This document shows positions 51,330-61,406 of a DNA stretch of 64,000 bases, piece after piece. The number at the start of each line of letters is the position of its first letter. Positions within the stretch are counted from its first letter, which is position 1. Below the pieces are notes generated by a model. It worked only from the letters and a program-made list of their open reading frames with translations. It did no database searches and was not told where the DNA came from. The stretch comes from Ferroacidibacillus organovorans (GTDB lineage Bacteria > Bacillota > Bacilli > Alicyclobacillales > SLC66), in contig NZ_LSUQ01000008.1 of NCBI RefSeq assembly GCF_001642725.1, positions 1 through 64,000 on the forward strand, given 5' to 3'. Both the position numbers and the translations under genes were made by a program.

Positions 51330-51403
51330 ATGGTTTTTGGACTAAACCGCTACGCGGTGGTAAAAAACCGTCCCCTCCATTAACTGGTGCCTGTTGAAGT
51401 TAC

Positions 51404-53019
51404 CCTGAATCCGTGACATCGGTTCTTAATCTCTTTGATCACTAACGCATGTCATTGTTTTCAGTTGAACAGTGAGTTCTAACGACGGCGGCGCCCCGAA
51501 TGCCAACTCGAACGAATCCTGGCGCGATGCCTACCAGGATATGGGGAAGCATGGGATGAAGCTCTCAACCGAATGCCAAGTACAAACGACGGAACACAGT
51601 GAACCAGGGGTTGCGCCTACCTAATCTAAGATACCTACGTCGGGCATGTGTAGTCACCTTGGCGGCCAGCGTGATAAGATTTTGGATCACAGTTCGAATC
51701 CTGCGACGCTGCACCGTATTTTTCAGGGGAGCGTCCTCTCGTTTCAGGCTCTCCTGCCCAATCATGCGCAGGAGATTGTAGGCCAGTACAGCAAAATGAA
51801 GTACGAGGTCATTGGTATCAAATTTCCCAGATGGAAGCCGCTCCACGTCGAGATCTGTTTTCAGTTCACTATGGAATTGCTCCATTGTGCCATGGGCGTG
51901 GTACAAGTCAATCACCACTGAAGCCGCATCCGGCAGGGATGTCAAATAGACGTCGACCTCAATCTCGGGTACGAGAAGCATCTGACCGTTCTTATCGATG
52001 GTACGCTCAATGACTTCGAAGACCATTCGGACGGGCTTGCTGAGTCCCTTCATCGACGACAGAATCGAACCGCGGTAGATTTTCTTACCCGGGCGAGATT
52101 CGCAACACATGCCTTGACGCTGGGCAGTGAGTAGCCACACGTCTGAACTCTCACGCCGTAGATTCCGCTTGATGATGAAGTCGGCGTACGTGCCCTCGGA
52201 TCGACAGACTACCAGGTTATCTACACTGTCATTCCCGGCATCCATGCGAAGTAAAAGTGGCAAAGAGGTGATGCGCTTCGCATAGCGAATACTCTCGGCC
52301 AGAAACTTTGCAGTGCCCTTTTGACAATGCGTGCTGCCCTCCCGCAGATTGACGTGTACACCGTAACCCTCATGGCCGAGATACGCAAAGATCGGGGCGT
52401 ACCCGTCGTGGCCCTTGTAGGTTCTGGACACACCCTGTTTTTTGGTCCCCGAGTTGTCAAATGGCGAGACGTCGATATCCAGTGGGACGTACGAACGTTC
52501 TTTATCTCGTCCTAAGTGAACGGGCGAGACGCTGACGCCGAAATCATGCAGGAGATTGGCTGACTCCTCCAGAATGATAGGTTTCCAGTCAGAGATTGGG
52601 GCGGCCATATCGAAGCGTTGGCGCAGCGTAGGGCTGGATGGAACAGTGCCAATTTGCAAGGCAGCAAAAAAGAATTCGTCCTCACGAAACGGCTCGATGT
52701 GGTCGAAGTCGCTCTTTCCCTGGCAGAGCAAACCAAGGTATGAGTAGGCGACATCACGATTGGAGATGTCTGGCGTACCCACCCCGGGCACGGTCGTTTG
52801 ATTCAAACGCGATCCAAGATTCGTTTTATCCAGCAGTAGTCCGACAAGGGACAGGCCTGAATGCGTTGTCATGGTCTCGTCAGATTGCTCAATGATGAAG
52901 CGCAAGAGATCACCTCATTGGTGAATTTAGATAACCCGGAATATCTCCCGTTCTCTCTATTTTACTTCATCATTCTATTAATTTCGAAGCTTTTCAAATA
53001 CTCGTGTCACGGATTCAGG
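51404..53019 (-). mobile_element. Complete IS1380-family insertion sequence
   Basis: 15-bp TIRs CCTGAATCCGTGACA / TGTCACGGATTCAGG; 5-bp TSD GTTAC (51399-51403, 53020-53024). Confidence 0.92.
51565..52905 (-). CDS. IS1380-family transposase
   Basis: PSSPTLRQR, LDIDVS, GYAPI, RMDAG, YHAHGTMEQFHSELK, LAYNL. Confidence 0.92.
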   Translation of the reverse strand: MRFIIEQSDETMTTHSGLSLVGLLLDKTNLGSRLNQTTVPGVGTPDISNRDVAYSYLGLLCQGKSDFDHIEPFREDEFFFAALQIGTVPSSPTLRQRFDMAAPISDWKPIILEESANLLHDFGVSVSPVHLGRDKERSYVPLDIDVSPFDNSGTKKQGVSRTYKGHDGYAPIFAYLGHEGYGVHVNLREGSTHCQKGTAKFLAESIRYAKRITSLPLLLRMDAGNDSVDNLVVCRSEGTYADFIIKRNLRRESSDVWLLTAQRQGMCCESRPGKKIYRGSILSSMKGLSKPVRMVFEVIERTIDKNGQMLLVPEIEVDVYLTSLPDAASVVIDLYHAHGTMEQFHSELKTDLDVERLPSGKFDTNDLVLHFAVLAYNLLRMIGQESLKREDAPLKNTVQRRRIRTVIQNLITLAAKVTTHARRRYLRLGRRNPWFTVFRRLYLAFG

Positions 53020-53106
53020 GTTACTTTCCTCGCACCAGAGATTCCCTTAAGATTCGCGCTATGCAGCCCTTTTTCGACTGCAAATGAATCTTGAGGAGAA
53101 TGCGAA

Positions 53107-53989
53107 ATGAACGAACAAAGACAAGTGTTAAAACGGTTGGCAGAAGATATTCGGCTTCGGGGGTTATCGCAGAATACACTAGAGAGCTATACCATGCATG
53201 CACGGATTTTTCTGGAGTTTAGTGGCCACCGACCGATAGAACAACTGAATACAGAAGATATCCGCCGATTTCTGCTACATTTAATCCATGAAAAGAAGGT
53301 GTCGCCCGGAACCGTAAACGTCTACAGCGCTGCGATTCGTTTTCTCTTTGCTGTGACCTTGAATCGTACGCTGAATTACCTCCAAATTCCTCGTCAGAAA
53401 AAACACAAGACCCTGCCTGAAGTGTACCAGGGATGAAGTGAACTCTATTTTGGAGAGTTGCCACAACATCAAACACAAGGCCATGTTGATGGTGGTCTAT
53501 AGCTCAGGGCTACGGGTCAGCGAGGCCGCAGCCCTCAAAATCCAGCACATTGATTCAAAAAACATGCGTTTGTTTGTGCAAAACGGTAAAGGTGGCAAAG
53601 ACCGCTACACTTTACTGTCAGACGCCTGCCTAAACGTTTTGCGCAAGTACTGGAAGGAATACCGGCCAAAGCACCCCGAGGGATGGCTGTTTCTTGGCAC
53701 GTACAACGTGACCCATATTACCCCTGACGCCATCGGCGATGCTTTCAATAAAGCGGTCCAAAGAGCTCACATCGCCAAACAAGCGTCCATCCACGCTCTA
53801 AGACACTCCTTCGCCACACACCTACTGGAAGATGGGGCCACATTGCTACAGATCAAATCATTGCTGGGACATGCCAGTGTTCAGTCCACGACAATCTATT
53901 TGCATCTAGCGAATATGCCTTCTGGTATCGTAAGTCCGCTGGACAGTCATTCCACAGGCACTGAGTTTGAGGTTTCTTCACATGCCTGA
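53107..53989 (+). pseudogene. Site-specific tyrosine recombinase (integron-integrase-like N-terminal SAM domain), frameshifted near 53427
   Basis: ORFs 53107-53436 and 53438-53989 join at LPEV|TRDEVNSIL; catalytic GLRVSE, GKGGKDR, HALRHSFATH, LGH, TTIY. Confidence 0.85.
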
Positions 53990-55112
53990 ATTACAAGACA
54001 TCTTTGCGCAGCATGGAGAAGCGTATCAAGTCAAACACCGTCTTCCACCTGACCAGCAGAAAGTGATCCGCGCGATTCGAAACTGTAGAACTGCTGCGTT
54101 AGGTGGACATGTGGATGAATGTGACGAATGCGGATTCGTGCGGGTCTCTTACAATTCGTGTCGTAATCGTCATTGTCCCAAATGCCAAACGCTCACCAAG
54201 GAACGTTGGATTGAGGCTCGAAAAGACGACTTGCTCAATGTTGGATATTTTCATGTGGTGTTTACTCTGCCTGACCTACTAAATTCCGTTGCGTATCAAA
54301 ATCCCAAGACTATCTACGGCCTTCTCTTCAAGGCAGCGGCCGAAACGCTGTCCGAACTCGCCGCTGACCCCAAATATTTGGGTGCACAAATTGGTTTCAC
54401 AGGAGTCCTCCATACATGGGGGCAGAACCTGATGCATCATCCGCATCTGCACTGCATTGTGCCCGGCGGCGGACTGACTTCCAATGGCAGGTGGGTGAAC
54501 TCGCGAAAGAAGTTTTTCATCCCGGTGAAGGTGCTGTCTCGGAAATTCAGAGGCAAGTTCCTGCATTATTTGAAAGAGGCGAAGCTTGAATTTTACGGCT
54601 CCATCGTGCACTTGCAAGAGCAGAGCCAGTTTCAGGATTGGATGTCTTCTCTATACCAAAAAGAATGGGTGGTCTACTGCAAACCGCCCTTCAAAAACGC
54701 TGGACACGTTGTGGAATACCTTGGACGCTACACTCACCGCGTGGCTATTTCCAATCACCGGATTGTCAATTTGGAAGCGGGAATGGTGACGTTCAAGTGG
54801 CGGGACTACAAGGATGACAACCAACAGAAGGAGATGAGTCTGACCGCAGATGAATTCATCCGTCGTTTTTTGATTCACGTGTTACCTACCGGATTTACGA
54901 GGATTCGGCACTACGGGCTACTCAGTCCCAGAAATAAAGCAACCAAGCTGAAACTGTGTAAACGACTTACGAAGACCGCCGTAAGAACAACTCCACTCCC
55001 CAAGCTGTCCGCTCTGGAATTCTTGGAGAAGCTCACTGGCAGAGATTTCACCGTTTGTCCTTGCTGCGGTATTGGTCATCTCAGAGCTTCACCAGAACAA
55101 GGAATTGCATAG
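53982..55112 (+). CDS. IS91-family (HUH/Y2) transposase with zinc-binding domain
   Basis: CRTAALGG, YNSCRNRHCPKC, FHVVFTLP, HTWG, HPHLHC, YLGRY, EFIRRFL.HVLP.GF.RIRHYG. Confidence 0.92.
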   Translation: MPELQDIFAQHGEAYQVKHRLPPDQQKVIRAIRNCRTAALGGHVDECDECGFVRVSYNSCRNRHCPKCQTLTKERWIEARKDDLLNVGYFHVVFTLPDLLNSVAYQNPKTIYGLLFKAAAETLSELAADPKYLGAQIGFTGVLHTWGQNLMHHPHLHCIVPGGGLTSNGRWVNSRKKFFIPVKVLSRKFRGKFLHYLKEAKLEFYGSIVHLQEQSQFQDWMSSLYQKEWVVYCKPPFKNAGHVVEYLGRYTHRVAISNHRIVNLEAGMVTFKWRDYKDDNQQKEMSLTADEFIRRFLIHVLPTGFTRIRHYGLLSPRNKATKLKLCKRLTKTAVRTTPLPKLSALEFLEKLTGRDFTVCPCCGIGHLRASPEQGIA

Positions 55113-55361
55113 CCTTGGTCGAGCGCCTCTTGATTGGGGAGGGGGAAACTGTATCCGCTTGCCATATCATGCGGCCAATCACCGCCTGTTTCCCGCCAAT
55201 TAGCTCTTCTCTGAACCTGTAACATCGGTTTATCAAGACACCATGAGCCTGTTTCTTTCCCCATAGTGGCGGGCGACCGCAGTTTAGTCCAATAGAATTA
55301 TCCAAAATCGGCGTTCCTTCACGGAATGCCACCTCTTTTTACTCGATTTTCGATAATTCTC

Positions 55362-55561
55362 TATTCATTATTTTGAGTTATATAATTCGTGAATTGGATG
55401 CTAATTACCCATGTAAACCATAGAGCCCCAATTCCAACCGCCGTAGAAATGAACCGACTCACGACATAAACGAGTTCTGTAGCAAACCGATGCAAGACAC
55501 CCGAAATAATGGAGTACAGTAAAATCCCCGCAAGTGTTAATGTCATCCAGTCGATGTACAT
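55362..55561 (-). pseudogene. 5' part of the interrupted peptidase gene
   Basis: MYIDWMTL...ITQNNE; GGGGGG RBS; the stop codon is created by the element junction. Confidence 0.7.
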
Positions 55562-56214
55562 AATACCCCCCATTCATAGCTTTTCGCAGTGTCCCCTGTT
55601 TTCTGTCTAAAAATATGGCATTTTAGGAGTCTTGATATCCGAGTAGGAGTCAAATCAGCGACTTCAATGCCTCAGTTCACGCGTACACAAACCCGCACAT
55701 AAGAGGTCTGTTGCCCCCATATTAATCGCATCAGTTGAAATTTTATCCAGTTTGCAGACGGGTGGTGATAACGCTTCTTTTCTCTCCGCTGCACCCGACG
55801 ACCAACTGATTCTCACCTATGCTATCCATCTCTTGGCACTGCGTTACAGTTTATCGCTTCAAGACAATGTGATCCATGGCGCCCAGAGAAATTCTCGCAG
55901 GGTAGTAAAGCATCGTTCGTCTTACAGTGGTCGTCATTCGTATTAGAAAAAGCAAGAGATATGCGTTCCCCAGACTTTCAGGGCGTTCGGTTGCTGTTGC
56001 AACGAGAGCTTCCTGGAATCCCGCTCAACGGAAGGCTCGTCTTCTACCAGACCTTCGAACCAGGGCTCATACATGGCATTACATTTACATTTACTTGTTT
56101 GCACGTCACCCTTTCCCGTCAACAAATTCTCCGAGGATCTTGAAGCCTGTCGTCTTTCCTAAAGTGACAAAACCCCGCCATAGGGTAGGTAGGCGGGGCT
56201 CATGCTTTTCACCT

Positions 56215-56892
56215 TTATTTCGATTCCGCGTTCATTTCCTCTTTCAATTTGGCCAAAGCGTCCTCCACTTCCGCATTCGCGTGCGACTTTTTCAATTCAT
56301 TCATTTCATAGGACAAAGAGGACGTCATCGACGCATAAGCAGCTTGACCCTCCGCCTCCCGACGTTCGACCTTTTCCTCCATCCGATCAAACTTGGACAA
56401 CGGGTCGTCCTTACCTATCCCGCTAATTACGTCCGCCGCGCCTTTCTGCGCAACAGCCCGACGATTACGACGAACCAGGTCATCGCGCCTTTCCTTGGCT
56501 TCTTCTAGTTTATCCTGTAGCAACTGATACTGTTCTCTCATCTGAGCGGAAGTTTGACCGGCATCTTCTAACTCAGGCTTTAGTTTTTCAAGACGATTCT
56601 TTTCCTTTTGCTCATGTTCGAGCGCTTTGTGTGCCAAATCTTCTCGGTTCTGCTGCAGGGCAAGTTTCGCCTGTTTGTGCCAATCGTCAATGGCAGCCTC
56701 GCATTCATGAATTTGCTTTTCAATCATGATACGCTCAGCTTCGAATCGATTCACCTCGACAGAGAATTGGCGTAAATGATCCGTTGCGTCCTCAATATAA
56801 AGGTTTAGACTCTTTTCGGGATCCTCTGCCTTACTGATGATGTCATTTATGTTGGCCCGAACAAGATCTTTCATTCTCGCTATCAATGACAT
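56215..56892 (-). CDS. pspA: PspA/IM30 (ESCRT-III-like) family protein
   Basis: MSLIARMKDLVRANIN...KAEDPEK...REDLA..AL...FDRMEEKV...EA. Confidence 0.92.
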   Translation of the reverse strand: MSLIARMKDLVRANINDIISKAEDPEKSLNLYIEDATDHLRQFSVEVNRFEAERIMIEKQIHECEAAIDDWHKQAKLALQQNREDLAHKALEHEQKEKNRLEKLKPELEDAGQTSAQMREQYQLLQDKLEEAKERRDDLVRRNRRAVAQKGAADVISGIGKDDPLSKFDRMEEKVERREAEGQAAYASMTSSLSYEMNELKKSHANAEVEDALAKLKEEMNAESK

Positions 56893-56945
56893 ATTGGTTC
56901 ATCTCCCTTTCGGTTTTTTAATTGAACCCACAGACAACGTACTAC

Positions 56946-56970
56946 AAATTCATGGAGAAAGTGTGGAGAA
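56946..56970 (-). promoter_or_regulatory. Direct-repeat (11-bp period) motif upstream of pspA
   Basis: Minus strand TTCTCCACACTTTCTCCATGAATTT; 20/25 identical to the motif at 58946-58970. Confidence 0.55.
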
Positions 56971-56994
56971 TGCAAAACAAAGCCTCGGGTCTGA

Positions 56995-58083
56995 CTAATC
57001 GTCACAATACTGACGAGAATCAGCACGCCCAAAGGAAGCTTGCGTGATGAATCGGCCAGGCTCTCCATCTTCGCCATAGTCCCATACAAAAACGTGCCCC
57101 GTTGGGATGGTATGGTTCAAGACATGTACTGGACCCTTGGTCACTCGATATACGGCTTGAAATGGACAACTTGCCCAATAGCCATCCTCATGTATTTCAC
57201 CACGGGATATGAGTTGTTCCGTGGTAGATACATACTCCCGCTCGACATTTGTGACTTGATGTTGTCTCCAGTGTTCTTCTAAGTCGCGTTCGGCCTCGTC
57301 CCATTCGCCATCTTGGCGAATCTCACGGATGGCAATCGGAGAGGTCACCTTCCAAACATCATTTGCGTCAAGTTTGGAGTAAGCATACTGACCCGATGGC
57401 GATGCGTTTTTCAACAGTGAGGGGTCTTCAAGTCCTTGTGCGATGAGCAAATAACTGGATAAGGTAGTCCAGTACTGCGTTTCCGCCTCCTCATGACTGC
57501 TCCGGGGAACATGACGTCCCCCGAGGATGGAACCAACAGTCGCGTCACCGGTACCTCTTCGTGTACGTGCTTCCTCATACAGCAAAATTGCTTCCTTGTA
57601 TAAATCTGCTCTTAGTCGGGCATGTTCCATTCTTTCTTTAAACATTGATTCCATCTCATCTGTTGCGCGGCGCATACCGGCAAGATGTTCCACCGGACAC
57701 AATCCAGACGACTCAATACGCTTACCCAACCGAATCGGTAGATGAATCTTCGAACTCCCTTCAAAAGCGGCCTCTTGGCGGGCAGCGACTAACAAGTCTG
57801 GGATTTTTCCGTACCACGCCTCGGCTTGCTCATGCGTCATCATGGGAACTGGCAATGACTTGTGCGCATCACTTGAATAGGCGTTCAGTAGCAACGCGTC
57901 CCCCATGACTTGGAGGCTTTTTGCCGCCTGAATGATTGTCCTCGCTTTCAGGTTCGGACAATCCGCAAGCTCCACAACGACTTCAAACACTTCTTCGCCC
58001 ATTCTCTTATAGCCTTCCAAATGCTCTGGAGAATCGATCCACTTTCCAGATATGGAACTTCGAATACGATCCAAAAAGCCCAT
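56995..58083 (-). CDS. Hypothetical protein, 362 aa
   Basis: GGAGGG RBS; long soluble helical ORF between the response regulator and pspA; no family recognised. Confidence 0.8.
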   Translation of the reverse strand: MGFLDRIRSSISGKWIDSPEHLEGYKRMGEEVFEVVVELADCPNLKARTIIQAAKSLQVMGDALLLNAYSSDAHKSLPVPMMTHEQAEAWYGKIPDLLVAARQEAAFEGSSKIHLPIRLGKRIESSGLCPVEHLAGMRRATDEMESMFKERMEHARLRADLYKEAILLYEEARTRRGTGDATVGSILGGRHVPRSSHEEAETQYWTTLSSYLLIAQGLEDPSLLKNASPSGQYAYSKLDANDVWKVTSPIAIREIRQDGEWDEAERDLEEHWRQHQVTNVEREYVSTTEQLISRGEIHEDGYWASCPFQAVYRVTKGPVHVLNHTIPTGHVFVWDYGEDGEPGRFITQASFGRADSRQYCDD

Positions 58084-58119
58084 TGTTACCCTCCTGTTCA
58101 GAACAAAATTCTTCTTACA

Positions 58120-58815
58120 TTAGATTTTACCATCCGATGTGTTCACCACAAATTTATAACCAGCTCCCCAGACAGTTACAATGGGATCTACATCCACTTC
58201 GCGTAACTTCTCCCGTAAGTTTTTGATGTGGCTGTCCACGGTGCGTATGTCTCCATCAAAATCCAGGCCCCAGATTCGTTCCAGCAACTCCTCACGAGTA
58301 AATGTTCGCCCAGGACGCTTTGCCAGTAACCATAAAATATCGAACTCGGTTTGGGTGAGAACAAGCGAAATACCGTGTACAGAAACCAGTTTCGGCTCCG
58401 GCTCAATTGTCATATTCAGTGCCCGGATATGGTATGGCTCCGTCTCGGTTCCCACTGATCTACGTAACAGTGATTGGACACGCGCTACCAACTCACGACC
58501 GTCAAACGGTTTCGTCAAGTAGTCATCTGCCCCCATCGACAGTCCCTGCACCTTGTCTTCAATGGACGTTCGCGCTGTTAGCATCAAGATAGGCATCTCT
58601 GGCTCAATTGCCCGAATTTCCTTGCACGTTTCCCACCCGCTCATGCCGGGCATCATCAAATCCAATATGATCATATGGTATGTTTCTGCTTCAATTTGCG
58701 ACAAAGCCACCTCACCATTACTTGCCTCACCAATGGTGTACCCTGCATTCGTGAGATAAATCTTGAGCAACTGTCGCATCGGTGCCTCATCATCAACGAT
58801 GAGTATTTTGTACAC
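58120..58815 (-). CDS. OmpR/PhoB-family response regulator (no adjacent kinase)
   Basis: ILIVDDE, LDLMMP, GADDYLTKPF, RTVDSHIKNLREKL, TVWG.GYKF. Confidence 0.93.
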   Translation of the reverse strand: MYKILIVDDEAPMRQLLKIYLTNAGYTIGEASNGEVALSQIEAETYHMIILDLMMPGMSGWETCKEIRAIEPEMPILMLTARTSIEDKVQGLSMGADDYLTKPFDGRELVARVQSLLRRSVGTETEPYHIRALNMTIEPEPKLVSVHGISLVLTQTEFDILWLLAKRPGRTFTREELLERIWGLDFDGDIRTVDSHIKNLREKLREVDVDPIVTVWGAGYKFVVNTSDGKI

Positions 58816-58945
58816 GACAGGAACCTCCCTTCACAAACGACGATGGGCATATCGTAACAGGCAAATTTGTAGAAAGTGTGTGTTCGGTGTGGATAATAAC
58901 CCCATATAATTGTCGTCTTCTCAACTCTGTCGAATTTGGCGAGGT

Positions 58946-58970
58946 ATCTCCATGGTTTCTCCATAAATTT
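58946..58970 (+). promoter_or_regulatory. Direct-repeat (11-bp period) motif upstream of the peroxiredoxin
   Basis: ATCTCCATGGTTTCTCCATAAATTT. Confidence 0.55.
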
Positions 58971-59019
58971 ATTGCACGATGATTTTGCAACGTATCACCA
59001 TAAAACCAGGAGGTGCCGT

Positions 59020-59676
59020 ATGTCCGTAATTGAGCCAGGAGTATCTTTCCCTCGTCTGAATGAAAAAGCCCCGGATTTTGAAGCGATCAGCACACAGGGT
59101 GTCATCAAACTGAGTAGCTTTGAAGGCAAATGGGTGGTTTTGTTCTCCCATCCTGCCGACTTCACCCCGGTATGTACAACGGAATTTCACGGTTTCGCTT
59201 CCGAAGCCGCCGAATTTGAGAAACGCAATGTGCAACTCATCGGACTGTCAGTAGACGGTGTCGCCGCCCATCTTGCTTGGATGAAGGACATCGAAGATGT
59301 CTTTGGCACGAAAGTGCCTTTCCCTGTCATTGCAGATATGGATATGAAGGTGTCACGACTGTATGGGATGATTCATCCAGGTGCTTCTTCCACCGCGGCC
59401 GTTCGAGCCGTATTTATCATCGATGATAAGCAAACACTTCGTGCGATGATTTATTATCCGATGAGCGCTGGGCGAAGCATTGCAGAAATCCTCCGTGTCG
59501 TTGATTCGCTACAAACGACAGACAACAACGGAGTATCAACGCCAGCCAACTGGACGCCTGGCGAGCCGGTTGTCGTTGCGCCCCCAGCAAACATGAGTGC
59601 CATTGAAACGCCCGAAGAAGCACAGTCCAAAGGTTATGACTACAAGCGTTGGTACTTGCGGTACAAAAATCTGTAG
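59020..59676 (+). CDS. Peroxiredoxin (Prx6 / 1-Cys type)
   Basis: FSHPADFTPVCTTE, YYPMSAGR, TPANW; AGGAGGT RBS before ATG 59020. Confidence 0.93.
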   Translation: MSVIEPGVSFPRLNEKAPDFEAISTQGVIKLSSFEGKWVVLFSHPADFTPVCTTEFHGFASEAAEFEKRNVQLIGLSVDGVAAHLAWMKDIEDVFGTKVPFPVIADMDMKVSRLYGMIHPGASSTAAVRAVFIIDDKQTLRAMIYYPMSAGRSIAEILRVVDSLQTTDNNGVSTPANWTPGEPVVVAPPANMSAIETPEEAQSKGYDYKRWYLRYKNL

Positions 59677-59717
59677 AATCTTAGCATCGGTCTAAAATAA
59701 AACCTGTCACACAGAGT

Positions 59718-59755
59718 ATGCAACCCAGGCAGTCCTGTTACTGTCTGGGTTGCAT
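59718..59755 (+). terminator. Stem-loop after the peroxiredoxin
   Basis: ATGCAACCCAGGCAGT...ACTGTCTGGGTTGCAT. Confidence 0.65.
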
Positions 59756-59952
59756 CCCTGTGAATTTATTGCCAATGGGTAAATTGGGTGTAAGTTCACA
59801 GAAGCGCGAATCTGGACAGTTGTAAAATCAACCGTGGTAGCAACTCGTCAACTCTGTCGTATTAACTGACATTGACACGGTTGAATAACTGATGATTTGA
59901 TGACCATCCGGTCACCATTTTACGCACAAAAGATTAGTTCACCTTAGTTCAC

Positions 59953-61406
59953 CTAGATACCATGTGCTCGATACCACGATTTCAGGAGTTTGGGCCAGTA
60001 CGATAATAGAAAAGCAATTAGGATCACCACAAGCAACAAGTTGATCTCAATGGAGAGATACACGTGAATAACGCGGTCAAAGAAACTAACAGCGAACGTG
60101 TCTATAAAACCCCAGGCTAGTGCAATGGTGGCGGATGGTACTTGTGGAACTTGTTGTAATTCGGTTTTGTTCACCAGAGTTCCGCGTGCGCTTACAAGTG
60201 ATACGGAACTAACCAGTACAACACATGTGAGCACTTGTACCAAGATGATGATGCTTAATACAACGTTCCACACGGAAGTGGCACTTAAACTCCACTCGCG
60301 ATTGATGGTCAATCCGACTAGCAGTGGCACAAGCGCCATTCCTATAATGAGTATCCATTTCGACAACATCACTTTACGTATCGGTATATGGAATAACCAA
60401 TACAGCCTCCTTACTGACACCTCATCTTGAAAAACTGTACTACAGGGTTCGAGGAAAAATATAATTGTAAGCCACAAATTAAACCATGCGATGTGCGATG
60501 GAAACAAAAGTAACATGGATAAGACATATATGCGCGGCACTGGAACTATGGGGCCCGCAACCAAAGCGATACGTAAAATGATCAGTATCCCAGTGAATGT
60601 GGCAAGTCGTAAAAGATAGCCCAATGTAATTTGATCGTATATGTCCTTCATGACGAGTGCGAGGGTTTGATTCGCCGGAATCCACCTCATTCGCCGGGTA
60701 TGGCCCCGTGCCCTCCGCAATACACCGGTTTTGCGCATTGCTGTAAACCGTCTGGTGAATCGGCGTGATTGCATATGAAAAATGGCAAAAATGCCTGGCG
60801 TTATTACACAAATCAGTAAACCGAACAGAATCCAACGACTGTCGAGCGCGCCCATGATCAACATCAAGAACTGATCGTGGCGAAGCAACAGAATGAGAGC
60901 GAATCCAAAGGTGACCAGCCCGCTAACCGATTTAAAAACCATCTCACATATCACAAAGAGCACTCGAAATTGGCGGATATACGTAATTGCGAACATAACA
61001 AACCACGTCGTACAAGTCACTGCCACGATACGAACAACGAATAGCAGTATGAACAAAAACAGTGGATGGATATTCGAGAAACTGAACGTGATCGTGTAGG
61101 CCAGGGATGAAAAGAGCCCTTCCAAAACGGTCACAAGTGTAAATGACATGATGAGTGTGAACGTCGGAACGCGAAACTGCCGTAAAAGCTTTGCCTCTTG
61201 GCGAACGAATAGATAATGATACGCACGACTCCATGTGCTTGAGAGTGTAGTAACGATCGTTATTATGAGATACAGTGAAAAGCGACTCATTGCCGGCAAA
61301 TCAACAAGTGTTGGACCACTTCCATTCCAGAATCCGAGCACCAACAAGACATAACCCACAATGATCCAAATGCCCAGTCGCCCGCGATGAAAACGGACAT
61401 ATTTAT
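59953..61406 (-). pseudogene. Multi-pass membrane protein (ABC-permease-like), 5' end removed at the IS1380 boundary
   Basis: About 10-12 hydrophobic segments; the frame continues upstream of GTG 61359 up to the IS end. Confidence 0.6.

Larger units (their letters stand above)
51330..55361 (+). mobile_element. Tyrosine recombinase + IS91-type transposase element, containing a nested IS1380
   Basis: Removing 51330-55361 plus one copy of the flanking TA restores the host frame (QNNE|YPLWG); subterminal inverted motif TTGGACTAAAC.GC at both ends. Confidence 0.75.

Noticed and set aside
53420..53440. Programmed frameshift in the integrase
   Set aside because: No slippery heptamer; the junction looks like a simple small deletion in a Leu codon.
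58921..59859. 12-bp direct repeat TCAACTCTGTCG flanking the peroxiredoxin
   Set aside because: Short, with no associated element ends; cannot be distinguished from chance.
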